Origin: an uncultured Traorella sp.
GTDB taxonomy: Bacteria > Bacillota_I > Bacilli_A > Erysipelotrichales > Erysipelotrichaceae
Length of the DNA stretch: 64,000 nucleotides
Reading direction: 5' to 3'
Assembly: GCF_944327115.1 (NCBI RefSeq)
Contig: NZ_CALVGS010000041.1
Coordinates: 3,931 to 67,930 of the forward strand
Part shown: positions 36,311 through 45,254 of the stretch, piece by piece
How the letters are laid out: each line of letters begins with the position of its first letter
How positions within the stretch are numbered: position 1 is the stretch's first letter
Made by a program: the position numbers and the translations under genes
Notes under the pieces: model-generated
Databases searched by the model: none
The model's input: only the letters and a program-made list of their open reading frames with translations
What the model was told of the DNA's origin: nothing

Positions 36311-36988
36311 ATGAAAGATGTGTTGCGTTTAATTTTGGAACAGGGAACGGCTTTAAGTGTTGAAGAAATCATTTTACATATTATCTCTTCAGGCCTCATC
36401 GGTATTGCCATTTATATTTCTTACTGGTATACCCATATCGGTACTGCATACAGCAAGAAATTCAATGTTTCTTTAATTACGTTAACCGTTCTGACAGGTA
36501 CGGTCATGACGGTCATCGGTAATAATATTGCTTTATCGCTTGGTATGGTGGGTGCCTTATCTATCGTCCGTTTTAGGACAGCAATTAAAGATTCCCGTGA
36601 TACGACTTATATCTTCTGGGCGATCATCGTAGGTATCTGTTGTGGTGTCGGTGATTATCTGGTTGCCAGCGTAGGTACGATCGTTGTCTTTATCATTCTT
36701 TTGATCTTAGGACGCGTCCGCAATGAAAACCGTATTCTTTTGATCATAAAAGCCGCCCGTAATAATGAAACAGCTATTGAAAAGCTTGTGTTTGATTATT
36801 TTCATAACAAAGCCTTATTACGTGTCAAAAATACATCTCCGGAATCAATTGAATTTATTTATGAACTGTCAAGACGCACCTATGAGATCACTTATAAAAA
36901 AGAAAAAAGCATTACTCAGCTTCTTTATGAATTGGATCACGTTGACTATGTCAATATCGTGACTCAGAATGATGAAATAAGTGGATAG
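36311..36988 (+). CDS. DUF4956 family membrane protein
   Basis: Polytopic, with GALSIVRFRTAIKDSRDTTYIFWAI..G motif and a C-terminal soluble region of about 90 aa; RBS GGGAGG. Confidence 0.75.
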   Translation: MKDVLRLILEQGTALSVEEIILHIISSGLIGIAIYISYWYTHIGTAYSKKFNVSLITLTVLTGTVMTVIGNNIALSLGMVGALSIVRFRTAIKDSRDTTYIFWAIIVGICCGVGDYLVASVGTIVVFIILLILGRVRNENRILLIIKAARNNETAIEKLVFDYFHNKALLRVKNTSPESIEFIYELSRRTYEITYKKEKSITQLLYELDHVDYVNIVTQNDEISG

Positions 36989-36990
36989 TC

Positions 36991-38445
36991 ATGAAAAGCA
37001 AAATTATTTATATCTTAACGATCGTGTGTGTGTTGATTGCTTCTGTCACCTTTTATAGCATAGATATTTCTTCTCAGCGCATTCACCAGCATTTAGATGA
37101 ACGATGGCAACCATCAGAAGATGATGATACAGCCACCCATTTACCCATCGTTTCTATCCAAACAAACGGGCAAAAGATTCCCGGTTCGCGTATCATACAA
37201 GAAGACGGTACAGCCTATACAGAACTTTCAGATTCAATGAGTGAGTCCATCATTACCGATTTTACGCTCATTGACGGACAAAATGGCAAGAATCATATCA
37301 GTGATGAAGCAAGTGTAAAATCACTTGCAGATATTCATATCCGAGGAAATTCATCAAGATATTTCGACAAGAAATCTTATTCGATCCATCTGATTGATGA
37401 AGATGGCAAAGAAAATCCTCAATCACTCGCCGGTATGTCCGCTCATGATGAGTGGGTGCTCCATGGTCCCTTCTTAGATCGTTCTTACATCCGTAATTAT
37501 TTATGTATGAACATTGCCGGTGAAATCATGGAATATGCACCCAATGTCCGCTTTTGTGAACTTTGGATCGATGGTGAATATCAGGGCTTATATCTATTGA
37601 TGGAAACGATCAGTCGTGGTGAAGGCCGTATCGAAATAAACAAAACAAATGATAACAGTTATGTGACAAGCTTTATCGTACGCTGGGATCGTATCGGCAA
37701 AGGAGATCATGAATTAAATAACTTTACCTATTATACCTATGAAAGTGATCAGTCAGCCTTAGACATCCGGTATCCGGGAAACAATACATTGACTGCGGAA
37801 AAAGAAGAATATATCAGCCAACAGATCAGTCAAGTAGAAAAAATGTTGTATTCAATGAGCCTATGGGAAGAAAATCTCAGCAATTATCTTGATTTAGAGT
37901 CTTTTGCGGAATATTTTATTATCAATGAATTTTTTAGAAATATTGATGCCGGTCAATTTTCTACTTTTCTTTACAGCGATGTAAGAGGAAAGATCAAAAC
38001 AGCTGTATGGGATTTTAATAACTGTTGTGACAATAATGCTGACGGAATCAATAATGAAATTGGTTTTTCCATGCAGAATGGTATCTGGTTCAGCCAGCTT
38101 CTGAAAAATCGCAGTTTTGTTGCTTTGGTAGTGGAAAAGTATCATCAGCTGCGTGAGGGCCCTCTGTCGACCGATTATATATTAAATTATATTGATGAAA
38201 CGGATGCATGGCTGAAAGAAGCGATCATTCGCAATGATGAAGTATGGGGATATGTTTATGATTTAGAGAATTATGATATTTATAATTATTTAAGTCCGGT
38301 TGAAAGAAATATGGAAAGTCATGAAGAAGCAATTGAACAGCTAAAACATTTTATTGAAGAGCGTGGACAATGGCTGGATGAGCATATTGAATCTCTCTAT
38401 CAGTATTGTTCTGAATCAAAAAATGCAAATGAAATGTTAAGGTAG
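36991..38445 (+). CDS. cotH: CotH family atypical kinase, N-terminally membrane-anchored
   Basis: N-terminal TM segment (IIYILTIVCVLIASVTFY). The core IRNYLCMNIAGEIMEYAPNVRFCELWIDGEYQGLYLLMETI resembles CotH. Confidence 0.75.
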   Translation: MKSKIIYILTIVCVLIASVTFYSIDISSQRIHQHLDERWQPSEDDDTATHLPIVSIQTNGQKIPGSRIIQEDGTAYTELSDSMSESIITDFTLIDGQNGKNHISDEASVKSLADIHIRGNSSRYFDKKSYSIHLIDEDGKENPQSLAGMSAHDEWVLHGPFLDRSYIRNYLCMNIAGEIMEYAPNVRFCELWIDGEYQGLYLLMETISRGEGRIEINKTNDNSYVTSFIVRWDRIGKGDHELNNFTYYTYESDQSALDIRYPGNNTLTAEKEEYISQQISQVEKMLYSMSLWEENLSNYLDLESFAEYFIINEFFRNIDAGQFSTFLYSDVRGKIKTAVWDFNNCCDNNADGINNEIGFSMQNGIWFSQLLKNRSFVALVVEKYHQLREGPLSTDYILNYIDETDAWLKEAIIRNDEVWGYVYDLENYDIYNYLSPVERNMESHEEAIEQLKHFIEERGQWLDEHIESLYQYCSESKNANEMLR

Positions 38446-38454
38446 GTAATTGAG

Positions 38455-40557
38455 ATGAAAAAATTTTTATTAGGTGTATTTTCTATAGTTATCTGTATAT
38501 TCATATATATTTATGCGGTTTATTTCAAAGGCTTCTATATTGACCTTGATCCCCAGGCTCCTATTACTTCCTCTTTTCAAATTGAAGGGAAAGATATCCT
38601 TATCGTTCATGATGACGGCAAAACCGAAAAATTGATCATTAAGGGTGTCGATCTGCCAAGCACTGCCGTCAGCCATTATGCCGCTGATTATGCGATTGAT
38701 TATGATACCTATATGCGCTGGTTTGAGCTTATCAGTGATATGGGAGCTAATACGATTCGTATCTATACGATTTATAATGATGTATTTTATGACGCTTTTT
38801 ATGATTACAATATCCAACATGAAAAACCTCTGTATCTGCTTCAAGGGCTTCAGGTGAGCGAATGGGCCAATGATTCAAAAAGTGATGCCTATGGCAATGA
38901 ATTCTACAACAGCCTTAAAGAGGATGCGATCCAAGTCGTCGATGCCATTCACGGAAAACTCATAATGGGTGCCCATCAGCAAAAAGGCAGTGGTTTTTAT
39001 GACAAAGATGTGTCCCCCTGGGTCATGGGTTATATCATTGGCAATGAATGGAATGCGAAAACGATCGCATATACAAATGAACAGCATTATCCTGCTTCTT
39101 ATAAAGGAGAGTATATTTCCACAAATGATGAGGCAAATGCTTTTGAAGCAATGTTAGCAGATGTGATGGATGGCTTGATTAGTTATGAAAGCCATAAATA
39201 TAAGACACAGCGTCTTATCACATTTAATTCGACATATGATACCGATCCTTTTGAATATGATTCATTTTATGCAAGCCAGATGTTGAAGTTTGCCACGCTT
39301 GATATCAATCATTTTGTTAAAGAAAAGAATTATCAGAGCGGTCTGTTCGCATCCTATCATCTGTATGATTATTATGATCGATTTTATCAATATTTTTCTG
39401 ACGGACAAAAAGAAGCATTAGGAGAGATTCTTGAACATTTAGATACGACCAACCTATATACCACTTATACTTCCCTTTTAAATGAGTATCATAATGTCCC
39501 TGTCGTGATTTCCGGTTATAGCTATTCCAGCTCCCGTGGCAGTGATTCTTCTTATGGAGGCCTCAATGAAACCCAACAGGGAGAAGCTCTTGTTTCTGCT
39601 TATCAGGATCTTTTAAAATATACGAGCGGAGCTTTTATCGACTCATGGCAGGATACATGGGAGAAGCGAATGTGGAACACCAGTTTTGCAATCGATCTTT
39701 CCCAAAATAAAAACTGGCATGACATTCAAAGTGAAAGCAGTGGTTATGGTCTTTTATCATATGTTTCTAACCACAATACGATCAATGGCAGCATGGAAGA
39801 CTGGCCAAGTAGTTATTTGATCCAGGAGTCAGAGAATGTTTCTCTTTATGCCTTTTATGATGAAAAAGGAATTTATTTATATGTCGATGGCATATCTCAT
39901 CTGCCTGATGATATTTCTATTCCTATTGATGTAACTATGAATAGCGGAACCACGATCGATGCCGACAGCGAAGAACGATTTGAACGTCCTGCTGACTTTC
40001 TCATTCAGATTTCTGGCTCAGCAGCCAAAATACTGGTACACAGCCGTTATGATGCCTTACGTGAAAACTATCTCTATCAGATAGAACGAATCGACCCTTT
40101 TGCTGAGTATCCAAGTGTTGATGATCCGCATTTTAATGACATCTACATGATCTGTGAAAACCGAACGGTCATTGAACGAAACCATACTGAAGAAGAGCTC
40201 TATGAAGCACGGAAAAACCAGGCGTATCTGACAGGTCAGTTGATCGAGGCGTCTGAAGATGCCGGTACGCTTGCCGACTATGCCTTTCAAGATGATGGAC
40301 TTGAGCTGAGAATTCCTTGGCAGATGCTTAACTTTTCTGATCCGATCCATGCCATGATCCATGACGATTACTATCTTTATTACGGGGTCGAACAGCTTCA
40401 GATCTCAGAAATATATCTGGGCATCCTGAAAAATGAACAAGGAGTGATCGAAATGGCATCTTTGCCGCTAGAAGTAAATAAATCCTATGAATATGAGGAA
40501 TATCTAAAAGAATCCTATGAGATCGTTAAAGCGTATTGGAGTGATCTTTCATGGTAA
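38455..40557 (+). CDS. Membrane-anchored 700-aa protein with a glycoside-hydrolase-like (TIM barrel) N-terminal region
   Basis: N-terminal TM segment; IKGVDLPS, GANTIRIYT and YIIGNEWN motifs resemble clan GH-A strands. The C-terminal ~250 aa are unassigned. Confidence 0.5.
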   Translation: MKKFLLGVFSIVICIFIYIYAVYFKGFYIDLDPQAPITSSFQIEGKDILIVHDDGKTEKLIIKGVDLPSTAVSHYAADYAIDYDTYMRWFELISDMGANTIRIYTIYNDVFYDAFYDYNIQHEKPLYLLQGLQVSEWANDSKSDAYGNEFYNSLKEDAIQVVDAIHGKLIMGAHQQKGSGFYDKDVSPWVMGYIIGNEWNAKTIAYTNEQHYPASYKGEYISTNDEANAFEAMLADVMDGLISYESHKYKTQRLITFNSTYDTDPFEYDSFYASQMLKFATLDINHFVKEKNYQSGLFASYHLYDYYDRFYQYFSDGQKEALGEILEHLDTTNLYTTYTSLLNEYHNVPVVISGYSYSSSRGSDSSYGGLNETQQGEALVSAYQDLLKYTSGAFIDSWQDTWEKRMWNTSFAIDLSQNKNWHDIQSESSGYGLLSYVSNHNTINGSMEDWPSSYLIQESENVSLYAFYDEKGIYLYVDGISHLPDDISIPIDVTMNSGTTIDADSEERFERPADFLIQISGSAAKILVHSRYDALRENYLYQIERIDPFAEYPSVDDPHFNDIYMICENRTVIERNHTEEELYEARKNQAYLTGQLIEASEDAGTLADYAFQDDGLELRIPWQMLNFSDPIHAMIHDDYYLYYGVEQLQISEIYLGILKNEQGVIEMASLPLEVNKSYEYEEYLKESYEIVKAYWSDLSW

Positions 40558-41627
40558 TCAATCTTCTATTATATGTTTATCTGTTTTCATGTTTTGCACT
40601 TTTCATCTTTAATCTCTTATATATGATCTTATCATCTTTTTTAAATAAAAGATGTCATCAAAAATGCTCACAATATGAAACACAGATCATGAATGAATCC
40701 ATATATCTTCAGACACATTCCAAACTTTCTATCTCCCATGAGAGATATTTATTAAAAAGATTAAGAAATATCAATGATTTGATCGCTTTTAACAAGGCAC
40801 TTGATCATTTTGAAAAGAAGTCTGTTGAGCCCTATCTAACACAATTGCTTCCTATTTGGCAGCAGTTAGCTGTTTCTTATCTGAAAAAAGATAATATGAA
40901 AAAAGCTTTCTTTGCCTATGTAATATCAAAACATGGTTTATATTATGGTAAAGAATATCGTCCTCTGATGCAGCTGCTTCTGCAATTTTTAGACCATTCT
41001 ACCATTTATTGCCGGGAGAATGTATTCAAAGCCTTATGTACCTTGGGGAATATTCAAGCGGTTGAAAATATGATGAATATCATAAATGATAAAGAATGGT
41101 TCCATCACCAAAAGCTTATCGCAGATAATCTGAGTGTTTTTCAAGGTGATCAAGAATTACTTATGACAAGGCTCTGGCAGCATGTCAATGAATGGAATGA
41201 TCATTTGATGGTTGCCGTTGTCCAGTTTATCTCACAGAAGAATGGTAATTTCCAACAGATATTTCTTCCTTATTTACGTTCGCCGCAAACTTCTTTAGAG
41301 GTCCGGTTAGCCATGATTCGTTATTATCGCCTTCATCCTTATGAGCCTGTCCGTGAAATTCTTTATTCATTCATAGACGATACCATGATACAGGATGTCA
41401 GCTTAACGATCGTCAGTGCCTTTGCCTTAGATCACTATCCGGGCAATAAAACTATTGAACTGTTAAAGAAGGCCCTTTGTCACCATAACTGGTATGTACG
41501 TCGTAATGCGGCCGCTTCCCTTGTTCATTTAAAAGTTGCGAAAAAAGATTTAAAGGATATCTACGAAGGCAAAGACCCGTATGCCAAAGAAATCTTGACT
41601 TATATGTATAAAAAACAGGAGGTTTAA
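40551..41627 (+). CDS. HEAT-repeat protein with an N-terminal TM segment
   Basis: N-terminal hydrophobic segment. Repeats such as IYCRENVFKALCTLG and HNWYVRRNAAASLVHL. Overlaps the upstream gene by 7 nt. Confidence 0.6.
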   Translation: MVINLLLYVYLFSCFALFIFNLLYMILSSFLNKRCHQKCSQYETQIMNESIYLQTHSKLSISHERYLLKRLRNINDLIAFNKALDHFEKKSVEPYLTQLLPIWQQLAVSYLKKDNMKKAFFAYVISKHGLYYGKEYRPLMQLLLQFLDHSTIYCRENVFKALCTLGNIQAVENMMNIINDKEWFHHQKLIADNLSVFQGDQELLMTRLWQHVNEWNDHLMVAVVQFISQKNGNFQQIFLPYLRSPQTSLEVRLAMIRYYRLHPYEPVREILYSFIDDTMIQDVSLTIVSAFALDHYPGNKTIELLKKALCHHNWYVRRNAAASLVHLKVAKKDLKDIYEGKDPYAKEILTYMYKKQEV

Positions 41628-41628
41628 A

Positions 41629-43026
41629 ATGAAAACGTTTGAATTATTTTTAAATGTCGTAAATATATTCTTTTTCATTTATCTGCTGTTGTATTCTACC
41701 TATTTATTTGTATCGGTTCTTATTGGAGCCAATCATCTGTATAAAAAGGAACAGATGAATGTTATCCGGAATCAGCTGACCCATGACTATTATCTTCCGA
41801 TCTCTTTACTTGTTCCTGCATATAATGAAGAAATAACGATCGTCGACAGTATTCGCTCTCTTGTCAATTTAGATTATCGTCTATATGAAATTATCATTAT
41901 TGATGACGGTTCTAAAGATAAAACCGTTCAGAAACTATTGGAAGCTTTTAACTTAACAGAGGTATCACGTCCCATTCATATGTCTTTAAGCTGTGCACCT
42001 TTGAAAAAAATCTATGAGGGATCTGTTAACCATGTTTCTATTACTTTGATCAGCAAAGAAAATGGCGGTAAAGGTGATTCTTTAAATATGGGAATCAATG
42101 CCTCCCGCTTTCCTTATTTTATCTGTATCGATGCCGACAGCATGCTTCAAAAAGATGCTTTAGAAAAAATCATCCAGCCGGTCATGGAAGATGAGAAGGT
42201 GATTGCGGTAGGCGGATTGATCAGGGCAGCCCAATGTGCTGAATTGAAAGATGGGAAGGTCATAAGATATCACATGCCGATGAATCCTATTGTTTGTATG
42301 CAGGCTGTTGAATATGATCGTTCTTTTTTAGCTTCGCGAATATTAATGGACCAATTCAATGGAAATCTCATTATTTCAGGAGCTTTTGGATTGTTTAAAA
42401 AGGATATTGTCATTGCCTGCGGCGGATATGATTCATCAACTTTAGGTGAGGATATGGAACTGGTGGTCCGTCTGCATGTTTTCTGTCGGAATAATCTGAT
42501 TGATTATGCCATCCGCTATGAACCGCAAGCGATCTGCTGGTCACAGGTACCGGAATCGATGAAAGATTTATGTAAGCAGCGGAGAAGATGGCATTTAGGT
42601 CTTTTTCAATCTATGACACGTCATTATAAGATCTTTATGAACTTTAAGTTTGGTTTAGTAAGTTTTATTTCTTATATGTATTATTTATTTTTTGAACTTT
42701 TATCGTCCATTATTGAAGTATTTGGCATTACGGTCATGATACTATCCGGGTTATTGGGATATTTAAATATTCCGTTTATGATTGAATTTTTTCTTTTATA
42801 TTCGATCTATGGTGCTGTGCTGACGATGACTGCTTTTTTCCAAAGAATTTATATCCAGCATTTGAAGCTTACATTCACAGACGTGCTAAAAGCAATCCTA
42901 TCATGTATCCTAGAAAATGTTTTTTATCGCTATATCTTATCATTTGTAAGAGTTACTGCCTTTATCGGTTATAAAAAAAGAAAACATGTATGGGGTTCTA
43001 TTCAAAGATATTCGCAATCTTCATAA
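41629..43026 (+). CDS. Processive family-2 glycosyltransferase (PgaC/IcaA/NodC/BcsA-like polysaccharide synthase)
   Basis: VPAYNEE, IIIDDGSKD, CIDADS, GAFGLFKK, GEDMEL and QRRRWHLG (Q-x-x-R-W) motifs, with TM segments at both ends. Confidence 0.88.
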   Translation: MKTFELFLNVVNIFFFIYLLLYSTYLFVSVLIGANHLYKKEQMNVIRNQLTHDYYLPISLLVPAYNEEITIVDSIRSLVNLDYRLYEIIIIDDGSKDKTVQKLLEAFNLTEVSRPIHMSLSCAPLKKIYEGSVNHVSITLISKENGGKGDSLNMGINASRFPYFICIDADSMLQKDALEKIIQPVMEDEKVIAVGGLIRAAQCAELKDGKVIRYHMPMNPIVCMQAVEYDRSFLASRILMDQFNGNLIISGAFGLFKKDIVIACGGYDSSTLGEDMELVVRLHVFCRNNLIDYAIRYEPQAICWSQVPESMKDLCKQRRRWHLGLFQSMTRHYKIFMNFKFGLVSFISYMYYLFFELLSSIIEVFGITVMILSGLLGYLNIPFMIEFFLLYSIYGAVLTMTAFFQRIYIQHLKLTFTDVLKAILSCILENVFYRYILSFVRVTAFIGYKKRKHVWGSIQRYSQSS

Positions 43027-43052
43027 AAAGTGCATCAGAATGCACTTTTTTA
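43025..43052. terminator. Bidirectional terminator between the GT2 and yunB-like genes
   Basis: AAGTGCA / TGCACTT stem flanked by an A-run and a T-run. Confidence 0.6.
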
Positions 43053-43619
43053 ATGATATGGAAATATCTGTGGTACTTCTCCTTGAATATATTCCAGGGC
43101 CAAAGGTATCTTCTCTGAGATCGAAAGCTCATTTTTCTCAAAACCAAATAAGACATTTCCCTTGCATTCCACATTCAGAATCAGCTCAATAAAGGCATTA
43201 TTGATACCTAAGGCCGTTGTTTTGATGTTGTAGCGGGCAATGATGCGGTTGGATATCAAAAAGGTAGCTGAAACATCAGGACCCAGATGCTGAAAGAAAA
43301 CAACTCCCGTAAAATATCCCAGTGGTATGGAAGCTTCATAGACATCCGGTATTGATTCATTGAGCTGTTCATTGACCCCTATGATCCAAATGTTAAGAGC
43401 GTTGGCATCAATGCTGACCTGATCCTCCCTTTTAACCACAAAGCCTTCAGGTACTTCCAAAGTCTTGATGCTGTTCATGATCTCGCTTATGACCTGTTCA
43501 TGAAAATAAGCCTTTGCCTGTATTTGAAAAACAGGCTGCAGCTGCATATAAAACATACCTGACAATAAGATCAACATACCAAGGATCATCCATAAAAGAT
43601 TCTTTTTTTTAATTTTCAT
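43050..43619 (-). CDS. yunB: YunB-like sporulation protein
   Basis: N-terminal TM segment. IPLGYFTG....LGPDV....ALGINNAFIELILNVE....IPLALEYIQGEVP matches the YunB pattern. Confidence 0.65.
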   Translation of the reverse strand: MKIKKKNLLWMILGMLILLSGMFYMQLQPVFQIQAKAYFHEQVISEIMNSIKTLEVPEGFVVKREDQVSIDANALNIWIIGVNEQLNESIPDVYEASIPLGYFTGVVFFQHLGPDVSATFLISNRIIARYNIKTTALGINNAFIELILNVECKGNVLFGFEKNELSISEKIPLALEYIQGEVPQIFPYH

Positions 43620-43905
43620 ACATCATCATCAATGCTTTTTTACCTTTCATGCCGATTTCGATTCCCTTATCGATCGCTGACTGGTTCATCGCCTTGACCT
43701 CACTGTTTAAACATTCTTCATAGGTCGATGATTTTGACATGATACAGATGCTGGCCCGATTGTGTTTGAACGTATCAATATTGATCTGAGGCCCGCATAG
43801 AAAACCTTTTGTATTAAAGACAAATATCATGAGAGTAAAAGGAAGCTTGATCTGCAAACCAATCACTCTTTCTTTATCAATGACAATACTTTTTAGATCA
43901 ATCAT
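43609..43905 (-). CDS. yunC: DUF1805 (YunC-like) protein
   Basis: 98 aa. GLQIKLPFTLMIFVFNTKGFLCG...AMNQSAIDKGIEIGMKGKKAL. Overlaps the yunB-like start. Confidence 0.7.
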   Translation of the reverse strand: MIDLKSIVIDKERVIGLQIKLPFTLMIFVFNTKGFLCGPQINIDTFKHNRASICIMSKSSTYEECLNSEVKAMNQSAIDKGIEIGMKGKKALMMMYEN

Positions 43906-44002
43906 ATCGTATCCCTCATTTTGATCTCTATTCTACTATATGAAGACAAGCTTCATTTCAGAAGTTTAGAGTCATTCTCTCTAATCTATGATATGTGCCT
44001 AT

Positions 44003-44038
44003 TTCTTTTTTCTTTAGGCAGACGCCTAAAGAAAAAAG
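44003..44038 (-). terminator. Long hairpin downstream of the GNAT gene
   Basis: 16-bp perfect stem TCTTTTTTCTTTAGGC / GCCTAAAGAAAAAAGA with a 4-nt loop. Confidence 0.5.
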
Positions 44039-44054
44039 ATGGTATTGACCATCT

Positions 44055-44477
44055 TTAAAGCTTTTTGGTATATGAATAATGACTCTGAAGCATTCCTTGT
44101 CTTTCATAGAAGGCATGCGCCCTTTTTCTTCTCTGATTCGTTGCCAGCTCGATCTGTTCACATCCCTTTTCCTTTGCATACTGCTGGGCATATGTAAACA
44201 GCTGATGTCCTATACCGCTGCTGCGGGCATCCTGATCAACGATGAGCTCCATGATTTCCATGACCTCATTATGATGATGCCATGGATGAAGACGCTGCAA
44301 ATGGATCATGCCTGATATCTGATCATTTTCCTCATATACAAAGCATGCATGTCTTTCATCTTTTAAATCATAAAGATAAAGCTCATGAAACCTTTCTTTT
44401 GAAAATTGTGTTTCTTCTAATTCACATAATAATTGAAGAATTGCCGATTCATCTTTTTCCTGTGCTTTTCGTATCAT
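44055..44477 (-). CDS. GNAT family N-acetyltransferase
   Basis: Motif A region VDQDARSSGIGHQLF...; start at MIRKAQ with an AAAGGAG RBS. Confidence 0.85.
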   Translation of the reverse strand: MIRKAQEKDESAILQLLCELEETQFSKERFHELYLYDLKDERHACFVYEENDQISGMIHLQRLHPWHHHNEVMEIMELIVDQDARSSGIGHQLFTYAQQYAKEKGCEQIELATNQRRKRAHAFYERQGMLQSHYSYTKKL

Positions 44478-44581
44478 ACCTGCTCCTTTACCTTCATTAG
44501 TATCCTTCATTTTGAATTTACAAAACATAAATATAAACTCTGCTCACTTTTTCATTTCTGTGATTTTTTTATCCGTGATCG

Positions 44582-44974
44582 TTATCCTCGATTCCTTGAT
44601 TTCAAATCCGGTTCAATATTTTGATGAAAGTATTCTTCGGCTTCGATTCTGGATTCTTCCACTTCTTTCTTATAATCCGGATCCATAGTAGGTCCGAAGA
44701 AAAGAAGTGATTTTTCCCTTAAGCTTTCCGGCTTGATGGGACAGTGAATGATTTCCATCATCTTGGGATCCCATGGACATTGATGGTTTTCAAAGAATGT
44801 TTCGGCATCTTTGATTTCTGCGGCATGTTTGGTACGGTCAACTTCCCGCCAGGAAGTTGTGGTAAAAGGAATGTTATTTTCTTTCAGCTGTAAACCAATA
44901 ATGGCTTTTAGTCCGAAAGGTACGAAGAAATCATATTCTTTTGTTTCGATTTGTATGTCTTTAAACGTAATCAT
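44582..44974 (-). CDS. Hypothetical protein (130 aa)
   Basis: ORF with an AAAGGAG RBS 9 nt upstream of MITFKD; no recognised domain. Confidence 0.5.
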   Translation of the reverse strand: MITFKDIQIETKEYDFFVPFGLKAIIGLQLKENNIPFTTTSWREVDRTKHAAEIKDAETFFENHQCPWDPKMMEIIHCPIKPESLREKSLLFFGPTMDPDYKKEVEESRIEAEEYFHQNIEPDLKSRNRG

Positions 44975-45254
44975 AACGAATAACTCCTTTCTGTTGGTTA
45001 CATCAATCCGCATCCTGTATCATTATTTATAGGATCAGCATTATATCCATATCTACGATCCTTTACCTATTTAGATTATAAGCATGATTTTTTGTTTGTA
45101 AAGAATCTTTTCAGATAAAATTATAAAAAAACTTAATTCATTACTACCACCTTATAACTTGATTTTATCATATTAATTATTATGACAAAAGGCTTTATTT
45201 TATTTATATTTTAGTTATTATGTAAGTGAAGGAGATAAGAAAGGAGAATAGCTT

